IMG/VR virus record: IMGVR_UViG_3300036987_000332
Coordinates: 1-60,853 of that record
DNA length: 60,853 nucleotides
Direction: 5' to 3' (one strand)
DNA from: a virus
Lineage: Duplodnaviria; Caudoviricetes
Under the pieces are notes generated by a model. That model was not told where the DNA came from. It saw only the letters and a program-made list of their open reading frames with translations, and made no database searches. Below, in pieces: positions 39,175 to 48,919 of this stretch. Positions within the stretch are counted from its first letter, which is position 1. Each line of letters starts with the position of its first letter. Both the position numbers and the translations under genes were made by a program.

Positions 39175-39979
39175 CAGTCTCCTTAGTCGATGGTACAGTC
39201 TTGAAGGCGCTGTTGCCGGACAAGTTCCTCAAGAGGATCTTCCTAGCTGCCTTGTAGTCATCGCCGACAAATCCCAACCGGATAAGGAACACCCGAAAGG
39301 CGAACTTTTCATTTTCGACTAGTCTTTCCCTGGCAGTGACCCTCTGTTGTTTCTTGGCAGCGGCACAGAGGGCACCGATGAATCGGGTGAAAGCCGCGAC
39401 ATCATCACCGGGTGTGCCGAAGGCGAACCATGGAAAACGCAACATGGTTCCGGTCCGCTCGATCGTGAGTGCGTCTACCCCCAGTGCCTTCGTGATCAGG
39501 CCGGCCTTGCTGGCGATCAGCTTTTCAAGGTTGGCGATGCTTTCTTCCGTGAAGCCTTCCAAAGGCATTTCAATGGTCAGGGTGTCAGACTCATCAATGA
39601 TACAATCATCAGCCTGCATGCCGTTTTCTCCTTGCCAGTCCTCGCTGGGCTTTTTGCCAAGCCCGAGTTCTTCGCTCTCGCTCAACTGCAGATCTTCGAA
39701 TGTCTCAAGTGCGCCAAGCCCGCCCAACGATTCCTCATAGGTCATCGGTTCGTCGTACTCGACGGTGGCAGCAATGAAATTGTGCAGACCTTGCAGGTCA
39801 GCGACCAGACCAGACTTGTCCGGTCCTTCCAGCAACCCATTCTTGTCGATGTGATAGTCGCCCACCCGGTAGGAAAATGACGGGGCACCGAGGTATTTGG
39901 TCGGTGCGTTCAGTTCCTGGCTGACGGCAGCCACCAGTGATTTGCGTTCTGAACCTGTGAGATGGTAGAAAATTTTCAT
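39161..39979 (-). CDS. Conserved phage 'virulence-related' protein sharing a C-terminal motif with the amidoligase
   Basis: NEKFAFRVFLIRLG..G..YK..R..LL.NL.GNSAF parallels amidoligase NDKYTFRTWLLRLG…GNSAW. Confidence 0.75.
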   Translation of the reverse strand: MKIFYHLTGSERKSLVAAVSQELNAPTKYLGAPSFSYRVGDYHIDKNGLLEGPDKSGLVADLQGLHNFIAATVEYDEPMTYEESLGGLGALETFEDLQLSESEELGLGKKPSEDWQGENGMQADDCIIDESDTLTIEMPLEGFTEESIANLEKLIASKAGLITKALGVDALTIERTGTMLRFPWFAFGTPGDDVAAFTRFIGALCAAAKKQQRVTARERLVENEKFAFRVFLIRLGFVGDDYKAARKILLRNLSGNSAFKTVPSTKETDDHE

Positions 39980-40012
39980 GTTTGTTGGCCTCCCTTGCTT
40001 CGTTTGTGAGTA

Positions 40013-40043
40013 CATATATCACTCTGAAGCTGTGGATTATCAA
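40013..40043 (-). promoter_or_regulatory. Motif A: TTGATA-N12-AGAGTGATATATG
   Basis: Upstream of 39979. Confidence 0.7.
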
Positions 40044-40119
40044 GCCGTATTCGTGCGACAACTGCCACTAATTCCCGACAAATATAGTCGCGCAATTGTG
40101 TGTGAATAACACAATAGTG

Positions 40120-41361
40120 CTAGGCTTCTGGTTTCATCACAACATCGGAATAGTGTGCTTTCTGGCCGTTGCGGATCAAGTAAACAGCTTCAGCCATACC
40201 TAACTGTTCGATGATCCTTTTAACAACAACATCGCAATACTTTTCATCAAGTTCAACCATGTAGCAAACTCGCTCAGTCTGTTCACAGGCTATAAGTGTG
40301 CTGCCGGATCCGCCGAACGGATCGAGGACAATGCTGCCGGTCATGCTGGAGTTGAGCACCGGGTATGCGATCAGCTGGACCGGCTTCATCGTTGGATGAT
40401 CGCCGTTTTTCTTGGGCTTTTCAAACTCCCAGATGGTCGTCTGCTTTCGATCAGAAAACCAAGAGTGCTTGCCGGCCTTCTTCCAGCCGAACAGGATGGG
40501 CTCGTGCTGCCATTGATATGGGGACCGGCCCAGAACCAGCGACTGTTTCTTCCAGATGCAGGTGCCAGACAGATAAAAACCGGCTTCGGAGAATGCCTTG
40601 CGAAAATTAAGGCCTTCGGTGTCAGCATGGAAAACATAGATGCTGGCGTCTCTGGCCATCGCCTTTTCCGTTAATGTGAATGCGTCCAGCAAAAATTGAT
40701 AGAACTTGTCATTTGACATGTTATCATTCTTGATCTTGCCTGCGGTGCCTTCGTAGTTGACGTTATAAGGTGGGTCTGTCACGACCAGGTTAGCCTGCTT
40801 GCCGTCCATCAGCAGCGCGAAGGTTTCCGGCTTGGTGCTGTCACCGCAGACCAATCGGTGATTACCCAGGATCCACAGATCACCCATTTGTGTGATGGCG
40901 GGCTTTTTCAGTTCGGCATCGACATCAAATTCATCGTCCTTGACGTCCTCAATACCACTCATGAGTTTATTGAGCTCGGCATTATCAAAACCCAGAATCG
41001 AAACATCAAAGTCTGCACCCTGCAAGTCGGCAATTTCAACCGACAGCATTTCGGCATCCCAACCAGCATTCAGTGCCAATCGGTTGTCCGCAATGATGTA
41101 CGCTCGCTTTTGCGCTTCGGTCAGGTGCTCGGCGAAAACACACGGAACCGCGGTGATGCCTTCTTCCTTCGCCGCCAGAATGCGGCCGTGGCCGGCGATG
41201 ATGTTCAGGTCCTTGTCTACTATGATCGGATTGACAAAACCGAACTCCCGGAGGGAAGCACGAAGCTGCAGGATCTGCTCTTTGCTGTGGGTACGAGCGT
41301 TCCGGACATAAGGTACCAATCGATCGATATTGACTTGTTCCAATCGTTCAGTTGTGTGCAT
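40120..41361 (-). CDS. ParB-N + DNA N6A/N4C methyltransferase
   Basis: ParB (NARTHS…IIAGHGR), TDPPYN, HPTMKP, DPFGGSGST. Confidence 0.92.
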   Translation of the reverse strand: MHTTERLEQVNIDRLVPYVRNARTHSKEQILQLRASLREFGFVNPIIVDKDLNIIAGHGRILAAKEEGITAVPCVFAEHLTEAQKRAYIIADNRLALNAGWDAEMLSVEIADLQGADFDVSILGFDNAELNKLMSGIEDVKDDEFDVDAELKKPAITQMGDLWILGNHRLVCGDSTKPETFALLMDGKQANLVVTDPPYNVNYEGTAGKIKNDNMSNDKFYQFLLDAFTLTEKAMARDASIYVFHADTEGLNFRKAFSEAGFYLSGTCIWKKQSLVLGRSPYQWQHEPILFGWKKAGKHSWFSDRKQTTIWEFEKPKKNGDHPTMKPVQLIAYPVLNSSMTGSIVLDPFGGSGSTLIACEQTERVCYMVELDEKYCDVVVKRIIEQLGMAEAVYLIRNGQKAHYSDVVMKPEA

Positions 41362-41366
41362 GTTTT

Positions 41367-41945
41367 CTATCTTCCTTTCCGACCCGATAACAGGGCTTCC
41401 ATGATATCGTCCTGAGGATTCCCCACGAATGCAGTGGTGCAGTTCTGCTTGACGATGTCAAAAATCTCATACCACAAGAGGTTAGCCTGCTTCTGAAATG
41501 ACTGACTCATCTGGACAAACGGGCTGGCCATCGCGCCACCGGTAGTCGGGTGCTTTCCAAGCAGGCCATACAGGCTGATGGCTTCTTCGCACTGGATATA
41601 ACGGGTGAACGCCTGAGCATATGCTTCGATCAGGCGTGGGTTGATGAAGCGCTCACAGCCGCGTTCCTTCAACCAGTGCCATGTTTCTTTATATAGCAAG
41701 TCCGCACCCAGGGGTTTTCCGTCTTTCTGTCGGGCTCTGAGGTACTCGCTTGGCGCAGGCATGTCAACACCGTTTAGATCCGGACCGCTATCGAGGTCCC
41801 CGGCATCAAGCATGCTGCCGGGTTTCAGGTCCGCGGGTTCCAGGATCTTCGCCGCTTTACCACGGGTGATTTTGTCATTGAGCGGGAGCGGTTTATCGCC
41901 GGCTCGGACGCGTCTGCCGCCTCTGTTTGTTCCGTCTTTAGCCAT
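41367..41945 (-). CDS. terS: Terminase small subunit (P27 family)
   Basis: MAKDGTNRGG.R..AG.K, KHPTTG…SP; position after HNH. Confidence 0.85.
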   Translation of the reverse strand: MAKDGTNRGGRRVRAGDKPLPLNDKITRGKAAKILEPADLKPGSMLDAGDLDSGPDLNGVDMPAPSEYLRARQKDGKPLGADLLYKETWHWLKERGCERFINPRLIEAYAQAFTRYIQCEEAISLYGLLGKHPTTGGAMASPFVQMSQSFQKQANLLWYEIFDIVKQNCTTAFVGNPQDDIMEALLSGRKGR

Positions 41946-41974
41946 GCGGCAGCACCTCCTTGTAGATATGGGGT

Positions 41975-42060
41975 TAATCCCCCGTCTGAACCGGATTTTT
42001 TTCGCGCGTGACCATGCACCCGGTCACCAGTGAACAGGTCACAGAGATTTGACCGGCGCT
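41975..42060 (-). other. Probable cos/packaging initiation region
   Basis: GC-rich non-coding block between HNH and terS, as expected for HK97-type cos phages; exact cut site not determinable. Confidence 0.4.
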
Positions 42061-42298
42061 ATGGGGTCATTTTTCTAAAACCATTGCTATTAGGTCGTTA
42101 GCACTGATTTTTCACCATACTGCTCTCGGGGGTGTCACCAACGCAAACTGCGAAAACTTTATATCCCATAAAAAAACTTATGGTATAATTTAGTTCTGAT
42201 GCTTACTCTCTTTCCGCCACGTCCCATGACGCATCCTCCTTCGATGCAAGCCTTAGGCTTGCTAAATTTTTGGTTAGGGCAACAATTTGGGCCGAACC

Positions 42299-42652
42299 TC
42301 ATTTCCACCTTCCGCCTTCGCGAGCCGTGATCTCTGAGTGGCAGGGCGTACAAAGACTCATAAGATTATCTGATTCATTCGTTCCACCCCGCGATAGTGG
42401 TTTGATGTGATGAACCTCCCGAGCGGGTGAGATCTTGTCCTTTTTGTTGCACTGTTCGCATAAGGGGTGCGCCGCGAGCTGCTGGTCACGGATGCGCCGC
42501 CATGATCGACCATAGCGTTTCCACTTGGCCGGATCACGATCGTAGCGTTCATAACGTTGTGATTCTTTCTTGGTATGCTCTTCACAAAACCGGTTGGTCG
42601 TCAGTTGAGGACAGCCGGGGTATGAGCAAGGGTGTTTGGGTTTCATGGGCAT
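42299..42652 (-). CDS. HNH endonuclease (packaging-associated)
   Basis: PLCEQC…EVHHIKPL..GG…NL..LC..CH. Confidence 0.92.
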   Translation of the reverse strand: MPMKPKHPCSYPGCPQLTTNRFCEEHTKKESQRYERYDRDPAKWKRYGRSWRRIRDQQLAAHPLCEQCNKKDKISPAREVHHIKPLSRGGTNESDNLMSLCTPCHSEITAREGGRWK

Positions 42653-42739
42653 GGAGCTTACCTCCGGCGGGCAAACAAAAAGCCCTCGCGGTTTTCCCCG
42701 TGAAGGCTTCTTGAATCCTATTTTGCTAAGCCTATCATA

Positions 42740-43186
42740 TCAGATAGTATCATCTGACAAACAGTGACATTTACTGCCAAGATTCCCGATTGGTATTTGG
42801 CTCACAGCTTCATCGTGGATCCTATAAACGTGACGCACGTTGTAGCCCATGTCCACAGCGATCTGCTCCCATGTTTTGAAGCAGAGATATCGAAGCTCCA
42901 GGATTGTCTGGCACTCAGTGTTTGCCACAGCTTTGATGACTCTGACAATATCGCGCTTCAAGTCTACCAGCATATCAATATCACTATTGATTTCAACCTG
43001 CAGATCAATGATCTTTTCAACAGCGTCCGCCATCGTTGAAATGGCACGATTGGGGTTTCCTGGCATACCTGTCAGTGTCGTCGTGCATTTGGTAGCAAGG
43101 GTGTTCAGCGACTCCACCTGCTCCAGTTTGGAGTTGATGCGCTGATCAAGCCGATATGCCTGTCCAAGATATTCTTTTGCGGTCAT
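42740..43186 (-). CDS. DUF1492/RinA-ArpU-like late transcriptional regulator
   Basis: MTAKEYL.QA, LELRY…WEQIAVDMGY..R. Confidence 0.85.
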   Translation of the reverse strand: MTAKEYLGQAYRLDQRINSKLEQVESLNTLATKCTTTLTGMPGNPNRAISTMADAVEKIIDLQVEINSDIDMLVDLKRDIVRVIKAVANTECQTILELRYLCFKTWEQIAVDMGYNVRHVYRIHDEAVSQIPIGNLGSKCHCLSDDTI

Positions 43187-43401
43187 ACCACTACCTCCTT
43201 GGTCAGTTGCTCGATGAGCGCTTCGGGATTTAGATTGGACAAGGCGTCATAATAGTCAGAGCGGAAGAACTGTTCGATGCTTTTCCGCTGGCTACGGGCA
43301 TAGCTGTCGTTCGGATATTGCGACAGAGTGCGCAGAGCTTTTCTATAGTCTTTGGCTGCCTGCAAGATAATGGCATTGGCCAAATCTTCATAATTATTCA
43401 T
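43183..43401 (-). CDS. Conserved small phage protein
   Basis: YEDLANAIILQA.KDYR…E.FFRS. Confidence 0.75.
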   Translation of the reverse strand: MNNYEDLANAIILQAAKDYRKALRTLSQYPNDSYARSQRKSIEQFFRSDYYDALSNLNPEALIEQLTKEVVV

Positions 43402-44755
43402 CAAATGTATACTCCTCAAGATTCGCTTTTACCGCATCAATCAGGGCGACCTGGATTTTATCTTTCTTTTTCAGGGCATCCATGACCTGTTCATCAATCG
43501 TGCCCTTGGCGATGATGTGGTGGATGACGACGGTTTCTTTTTGACCTTGCCGCCAGAGTCGGGCATTGGTTTGCTGGTATAGCTCCAGACTCCAGGTCAG
43601 CCCAAACCAGACCAGGCAAGAACCCCCTGACTGAAGGTTCAGTCCGTGTCCAGCGGAAGCAGGGTGGATAACGGCAATTGGAATATCACCTGAGTTCCAA
43701 CGCCTGATCGAGTCCGTGCTATCCAGACGTTCAGCAGGGGAGAATGCCATAATCCGTTCCAGATCGTGCTTAAACCAATAGGCGATCAGCACCGGTTTGC
43801 CGTTTGAAGCTTCGATAATATCCTCCAGCGCATCCAGTTTTCGATCATGAATTCGGATGTAACTGCCGCTTCCGTCATAAACTGCGCCGTTGGCCATCTG
43901 CAGAAGTTTTCCTGACAAGGCGGCTGCATTGGCAGCGTCGATTTCCTTGCCCTTTAAGGTAAGCACCATATCGTCTTTCATGGTCTGATAGTGCTGACGC
44001 TCATCATCCGATAGAAGGACAGGTATTTCGTTGAATACCAGTTCTGGCAGTTTCATATAGTCGGTATTTTTCATGCTGATGGTGATATCAGATATCTGGC
44101 GGTAGATCGCATCCTCAGCGCCGGGTTTGGGTTTGTAGCTGAAGATGATCTGCTGATTGCGTTTATCCGGCACAAAATAGGTGCTGCGGAAATGAGTGAT
44201 GTACCGGCCCAGTCGTTTGCCCATATCGAGGATGCCAATTTCAGACCAAAGGTCCATCAAGCCATTACTGGATGGCGTTCCTGTTAAGCCAACCATCCTT
44301 TTCACACCAGGCCGCACTTTCCGAAGCGCTCGGAACCGCTTTGATGAAGGTGATTTGAAGGATGACAACTCATCAATGACCACCATGTCGTAGTCAAACG
44401 GCATGCCACTTTCGTTAATCAGCCAGTCCATGTTTTCACGGTTAATCAGGTAGACCTGCGCCCGCTGCATCAGCGCTACTTTCCGCTGTGTCTCGTTTCC
44501 AATGGCGACCGTATATATCAGCCCGGTCAGGTGATCCCACTTTTCAATCTCGGCAGGCCATGTATCTCGGGCAACTCGCAACGGGGCGATGACCAGTACC
44601 TTTCGAATCAGGAAACTATCCAGTGTCAGATCGAAGATGGCGGTCAGGGATATCAGTGTTTTTCCTAATCCACAATCAAGAAAAAGCGCCGTTGTTGGAT
44701 GCTCAAGAATGTAACTGACTGAATATTTCTGGTAGTCGTGTAAATCATCAAACAT
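43394..44755 (-). CDS. SNF2-family helicase
   Basis: LDCGLGKT, DELS, LTGTP, GHGLNLQ, Q..ARL.RQGQ. Confidence 0.92.
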   Translation of the reverse strand: MFDDLHDYQKYSVSYILEHPTTALFLDCGLGKTLISLTAIFDLTLDSFLIRKVLVIAPLRVARDTWPAEIEKWDHLTGLIYTVAIGNETQRKVALMQRAQVYLINRENMDWLINESGMPFDYDMVVIDELSSFKSPSSKRFRALRKVRPGVKRMVGLTGTPSSNGLMDLWSEIGILDMGKRLGRYITHFRSTYFVPDKRNQQIIFSYKPKPGAEDAIYRQISDITISMKNTDYMKLPELVFNEIPVLLSDDERQHYQTMKDDMVLTLKGKEIDAANAAALSGKLLQMANGAVYDGSGSYIRIHDRKLDALEDIIEASNGKPVLIAYWFKHDLERIMAFSPAERLDSTDSIRRWNSGDIPIAVIHPASAGHGLNLQSGGSCLVWFGLTWSLELYQQTNARLWRQGQKETVVIHHIIAKGTIDEQVMDALKKKDKIQVALIDAVKANLEEYTFDE

Positions 44756-45038
44756 TATCAGCCCCACCAATCTCTATCAACATCGATCCAATCTGCCCAA
44801 TATCATCAATGACGTACACCTTGAATCCCAAACTCCGAAGAATATCATGCCTTCGTGCCTGCAACGGCCGAGGCTTGCACCCCGTCGATTTAACCTCAAC
44901 AAAAGCGATCCTTCCTCCTGGCAAGAGCAAAAGTCGGTCGGGCATTCCATCAAAACCTGGGCTGATGAATTTTGTTGCAATACCGCCCATCGCTTTTATC
45001 GTTTGGATAAGTTTGCACTCTATATCTTTTTCCTGCAT
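44748..45038 (-). CDS. VRR-NUC nuclease
   Basis: GMPDRL…FVEVK…RPLQ…GF.V. Confidence 0.9.
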   Translation of the reverse strand: MQEKDIECKLIQTIKAMGGIATKFISPGFDGMPDRLLLLPGGRIAFVEVKSTGCKPRPLQARRHDILRSLGFKVYVIDDIGQIGSMLIEIGGADNV

Positions 45039-45068
45039 AAATTCCTCCATTTTTGAGATATTTGCAGA

Positions 45069-45277
45069 TTGCCCATTGCCGATTATTTCCTATAAAGCTT
45101 ACGCGGGCGTATAATGCAGGCGATCGTGTTGCTCATATTACCTATATCTATACAAATAAAAATTATTAGGTCATTTTCGGCAATATGGGCAATAAACAAG
45201 GATAAATGCCCGTTATATCGGGGCTTGCGCCGTTGCCGATGCCGGTTGCCGATGCCTCGTTGGGCAATGATGGGCAA
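45069..45277. repeat. Cluster of TTGCCG/TTGCCC repeats in both orientations around an AT-rich core (candidate replication origin)
   Basis: TTGCCCATTGCCGA, TCGGCAATATGGGCAA, GTTGCCGATGCC x2, TGGGCAATGATGGGCAA, directly downstream of the primase-helicase. Confidence 0.55.
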
Positions 45278-45288
45278 GCCTACACCAG

Positions 45289-47619
45289 CTATTCCGACCG
45301 AATAAAAACACGCTGAACACCATACATGGGCAATGCTTTTTTGCCGGTCTTGTTGCAGTCATATTTTGCCCAACCACCAAGTCTGTTCAGGATGCCCTCA
45401 ATCTCATATGAGTCGGACTTCTTTATGGACTCGCGTGGCTTCGTGAAGCACTCGCACCATATCTCCATGACACAGACCTGATTCCGGCGAACGGTACCGA
45501 CACGACTCTCACCACCGAACTCGTTGCCTGACAGGAAGTTACGTCGCTGGTACAAGTCCATCGCGTCCCAATCCTCAGGAAGCAAGGAGTTGAGATATTC
45601 TGCAACAAGCCCTTCACGGTCGTCGTTCTCCATAGCTGTTCTCTGTTCAGCAACAGCTGCAGTCGCGATATCACCTTTAAGGAATAACTCCTCGCCCTCG
45701 ACGTATTTTGCTAAAGTTTCAGCCCAAATCTGGTCTATTTCCGAAAGATCCCAGGCGTGGTGCAGACTATTGCCCGTCACGCGAACAGGCCAGAACCGCC
45801 GATTGCCAGTGATGTCACGAAGGAAGCCTCCGTCGCTATTGGTTGTGCCGACAATTACGCACTGGCGCGGATGGCTTTCGACCGCTCGGCCGTAAGAGGG
45901 TCGGTACTTGTCATCGACGCGCGTGATGAACGATTTTACCGTTTCTGCATCCATCTTTCTGATACCTGCCAACTCGCCCAGTTCAAGGATCCAGTAACCC
46001 TGCAGCTTTTCCGGTGCGGTTTTGTCCTTCATGTCTGAAATAGATAGGCTATCTGAGTACCATTGTCGTCCGAGTCGAGAAAAGAGTGTGGACTTGCCGA
46101 TGCCCTGCTTGCCGTTTAGTACAAGAATGGAATCGTGCTTCGTACCCGGTTTAAGAATACGGGCTACCGCCGCCACAAGCGTCTTACGTGTAACGGCCCT
46201 TGTATACGGCGTGTCCTCCGATCCAAGATAGTCAATCAATAATGTATCAACTCGAGGAATTTTGTCCCACTCCGGCAGATTATTGAGATATTCCCGTATC
46301 GGGTGATAAGCTCGATCGTCGGCAGCTTTGGTCAGGGCAAGCTCAAAATTTCGGGCTGAAAATGTGCCATAATGGCTATCAATGTAAGCGACAAGCTGCG
46401 CTGTATCGGCGTCACGCCAAGGCGCGTGCGGTCGTTCCCAAGGTAGGTTTTCGCCATAAATCTGATTGGCGAGGCAGTTATACCGGATTCCAATGATATT
46501 TTCATCATTATTGAGAATAATAAGCAGATTGCCGAGTGTGTTTTTGAGTGTGCCGTTTTTTTCTCGTTCAAGTTCAACTTTCCAATCGCTCTCTGTGGAG
46601 AAATCCTTTTCTGCAGTAGCAATGCGTTCCTCCGTGATCAAAAGTTTGACTTTTTCGTCTTTTATAGCGAATTCGCACATCGCCTTGAAAGATTCCTTAT
46701 CATCAAGATCGCCGAATTTATGGACTCTCACGAGGTCAAAAGAATTTAACAGTTTACCGCTTGCGGGGTCGGAGGCGTGATGTGAATATACCCACTTGCC
46801 ATCGTAAACGACAACACCCGCAGTGCTGTCTGCAGGAATGAAGTCGTAGCGGCCGATCAAAGCGGACGGAGCGTAAATGTCAGACAGAAATGTTTCAATT
46901 GAGTCCTGTGCTGAATATGTCCGGCAGAAAGCACCGACAGTCCCATTTTTGGCCATGGGGTCCTGTTGGTGCTTCATTTCGTGGCTAATTACCATGCTTT
47001 CTCTTGAGGATGTAGGAAGCTGAGCACAATCGCGCCAGCTTGGGTGCACCGTCAGATATTCATCTGGGTCAAGCCACTCGCCGTCAAACCGTTTATAGAC
47101 ATATTCTCCGTTAGAGGGCGTAGTTGGCCAATACATAAGCTGATGCGGTCGATACGAACACTCGTCGAAACAGTCGATGTCCCATTCGGCTGCGAAGTAC
47201 CGCGCAATCGCGGTGTATTCATCGGGCGTGATTATTCTGGTGAGTGGCACTACAATCCGAATTCTAGGTGATTCTGGTATATGACTGTGTGTTGTATAAA
47301 GGCAGCAAGTGTATTTGCACAGCATTTCAAATCTAGAAATAAAGTCTTTATCCGCCTTATCGCCATCAAGCGTCAGCATGGATCGGCATTCTACCGTCTC
47401 GCGTTTGCGCCGACCACTTTTGAGCCGTCCTCCCACGAACCCACCCTTGTCCTTTATTCTGTCGCGCTCTGTCTTTGGCAGGTTCGGGTATTCTTCCACG
47501 GTTTCAGGCGTCCTAACCGTTGTTTCAAGAATTTTACAGAGATCGTCAAATGTAATCGATTTGTTCGACCACTTAGTCGCAAAACAACTACTGCCATAGG
47601 CGATCGGTAATTCACGCAT
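45289..47619 (-). CDS. Primase-helicase (AEP-like N-terminus + VapE/VirE P-loop)
   Basis: LTLDGD…YTTHSH, GKQGIGKST, ELGEL, GTTN…FLRD.TGNRRFWP. Confidence 0.9.
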   Translation of the reverse strand: MRELPIAYGSSCFATKWSNKSITFDDLCKILETTVRTPETVEEYPNLPKTERDRIKDKGGFVGGRLKSGRRKRETVECRSMLTLDGDKADKDFISRFEMLCKYTCCLYTTHSHIPESPRIRIVVPLTRIITPDEYTAIARYFAAEWDIDCFDECSYRPHQLMYWPTTPSNGEYVYKRFDGEWLDPDEYLTVHPSWRDCAQLPTSSRESMVISHEMKHQQDPMAKNGTVGAFCRTYSAQDSIETFLSDIYAPSALIGRYDFIPADSTAGVVVYDGKWVYSHHASDPASGKLLNSFDLVRVHKFGDLDDKESFKAMCEFAIKDEKVKLLITEERIATAEKDFSTESDWKVELEREKNGTLKNTLGNLLIILNNDENIIGIRYNCLANQIYGENLPWERPHAPWRDADTAQLVAYIDSHYGTFSARNFELALTKAADDRAYHPIREYLNNLPEWDKIPRVDTLLIDYLGSEDTPYTRAVTRKTLVAAVARILKPGTKHDSILVLNGKQGIGKSTLFSRLGRQWYSDSLSISDMKDKTAPEKLQGYWILELGELAGIRKMDAETVKSFITRVDDKYRPSYGRAVESHPRQCVIVGTTNSDGGFLRDITGNRRFWPVRVTGNSLHHAWDLSEIDQIWAETLAKYVEGEELFLKGDIATAAVAEQRTAMENDDREGLVAEYLNSLLPEDWDAMDLYQRRNFLSGNEFGGESRVGTVRRNQVCVMEIWCECFTKPRESIKKSDSYEIEGILNRLGGWAKYDCNKTGKKALPMYGVQRVFIRSE

Positions 47620-48541
47620 CTGGTAAGCCTCCTTTCATAATTTCGTATTCTTTTGTCGAGTATTGGATAGGTATATTTCGTTCCTTGCCCTTGTAATATG
47701 AGCGAACCCATATTGTCTTGCCCGATTTGCACGTACGCCAATGACCAATAACACCCCAACAGCTAAGGGCAAATTCATGTTTTACTGAGGAGGCGGGGGG
47801 AGTTGTTAGGGCATCAGGTTCGGGGTATAAAGTAATCACCCGCTGGTACTTTACAATGTGCTTTCTGCCATGCACCTGCTGCTTTGCATGATTGATATTT
47901 TCCTTGGCAAATCGCACATGTCTTTCTCGAACTAATTCCGGACGATTGGTTAATCGATTTTGAATACCGCGCCATGCATACCCTAGCCAGTGTGCCAGAG
48001 CGTCAAGCCCATCCAAATCGCATAACCAATCAGCTGATTCGCTGACATACCATGCATCCAATGTGAACCCGTGTTTGTCTAAATCATAAATGGAAAACAA
48101 AGCAACTTCGTTCGATCCGGCGGACGAGTCATTGCAATCATGTAAAGTGAGTAAACACGTTATGGCATTTGCACTACATCGGGGATCAACTGAAGGTGCG
48201 TCAGCTACAAACAGAGCACTAAAGCCATAAATCCACATATCATCCCGATAGGGGTGCTTAGGTTGAAGCATCTTTGCTATATTCGTATCAACAGCATCCG
48301 AACCAATATACATAGTCAACTCGAATATTGGTAAAGGCGCATCATAGGGCCGTATATTTACGACATTCTTACCAGTTTCGTACAATTCTTCTGCCAGCTG
48401 CGTAGATACTTCCATGCTATCTGGGTATGGCAGTACTTGCGGGCGTCGTGCCAATTTATATATCTCTTTAGTTGAAGATCGCCCGTCCAAACCTACTAAC
48501 GCGGAACTCCACAACAGTGATGTTTTTGACACATTAATCAT
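47612..48541 (-). CDS. Hypothetical protein inserted in the replication module
   Basis: 309-aa ORF overlapping both neighbours; C-terminal WGVIGHWR…G..IWV..Y.KG motif. Confidence 0.7.
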   Translation of the reverse strand: MINVSKTSLLWSSALVGLDGRSSTKEIYKLARRPQVLPYPDSMEVSTQLAEELYETGKNVVNIRPYDAPLPIFELTMYIGSDAVDTNIAKMLQPKHPYRDDMWIYGFSALFVADAPSVDPRCSANAITCLLTLHDCNDSSAGSNEVALFSIYDLDKHGFTLDAWYVSESADWLCDLDGLDALAHWLGYAWRGIQNRLTNRPELVRERHVRFAKENINHAKQQVHGRKHIVKYQRVITLYPEPDALTTPPASSVKHEFALSCWGVIGHWRTCKSGKTIWVRSYYKGKERNIPIQYSTKEYEIMKGGLPDA

Positions 48542-48918
48542 TATTCAACCACCTCCCTGCAGGCTTCTGTAAAGGTGCGGATTGGGATACCACGTTTATT
48601 TGCCTTGGCGATTTCCAGAGCCATCCCGCTCGAAATGTGGCGGCCGAACACCCAGAGCTCATCGCACTTGTTCAGCCAGACTAGTCCGAAAGAAATCCCG
48701 AGTTCTCGTTCGATCGAATCAAACTCATCAAATACCTGGGGATAGAGCAAGTGTGGTGCGAAGGGCACAGCACCCATTTCAGCGGCGAATCGCATATAGC
48801 GAAGCGCTTTCAGCATGTTACCGGCGGTGTCCCCGGCATATGGCGAACAGATGAACACACAGATTTTTGCTTTTGCCATAATCGGATCAGAGGGCTCATT
48901 CGCATTGCGCCTGTACAT
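48541..48918 (-). CDS. DUF4406/nucleoside deoxyribosyltransferase-like protein
   Basis: VFICSPYAGD, PFAPHL, CDELWVFG…S.GM..EI..A. Confidence 0.8.
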   Translation of the reverse strand: MYRRNANEPSDPIMAKAKICVFICSPYAGDTAGNMLKALRYMRFAAEMGAVPFAPHLLYPQVFDEFDSIERELGISFGLVWLNKCDELWVFGRHISSGMALEIAKANKRGIPIRTFTEACREVVE

Positions 48919-48919
48919 G

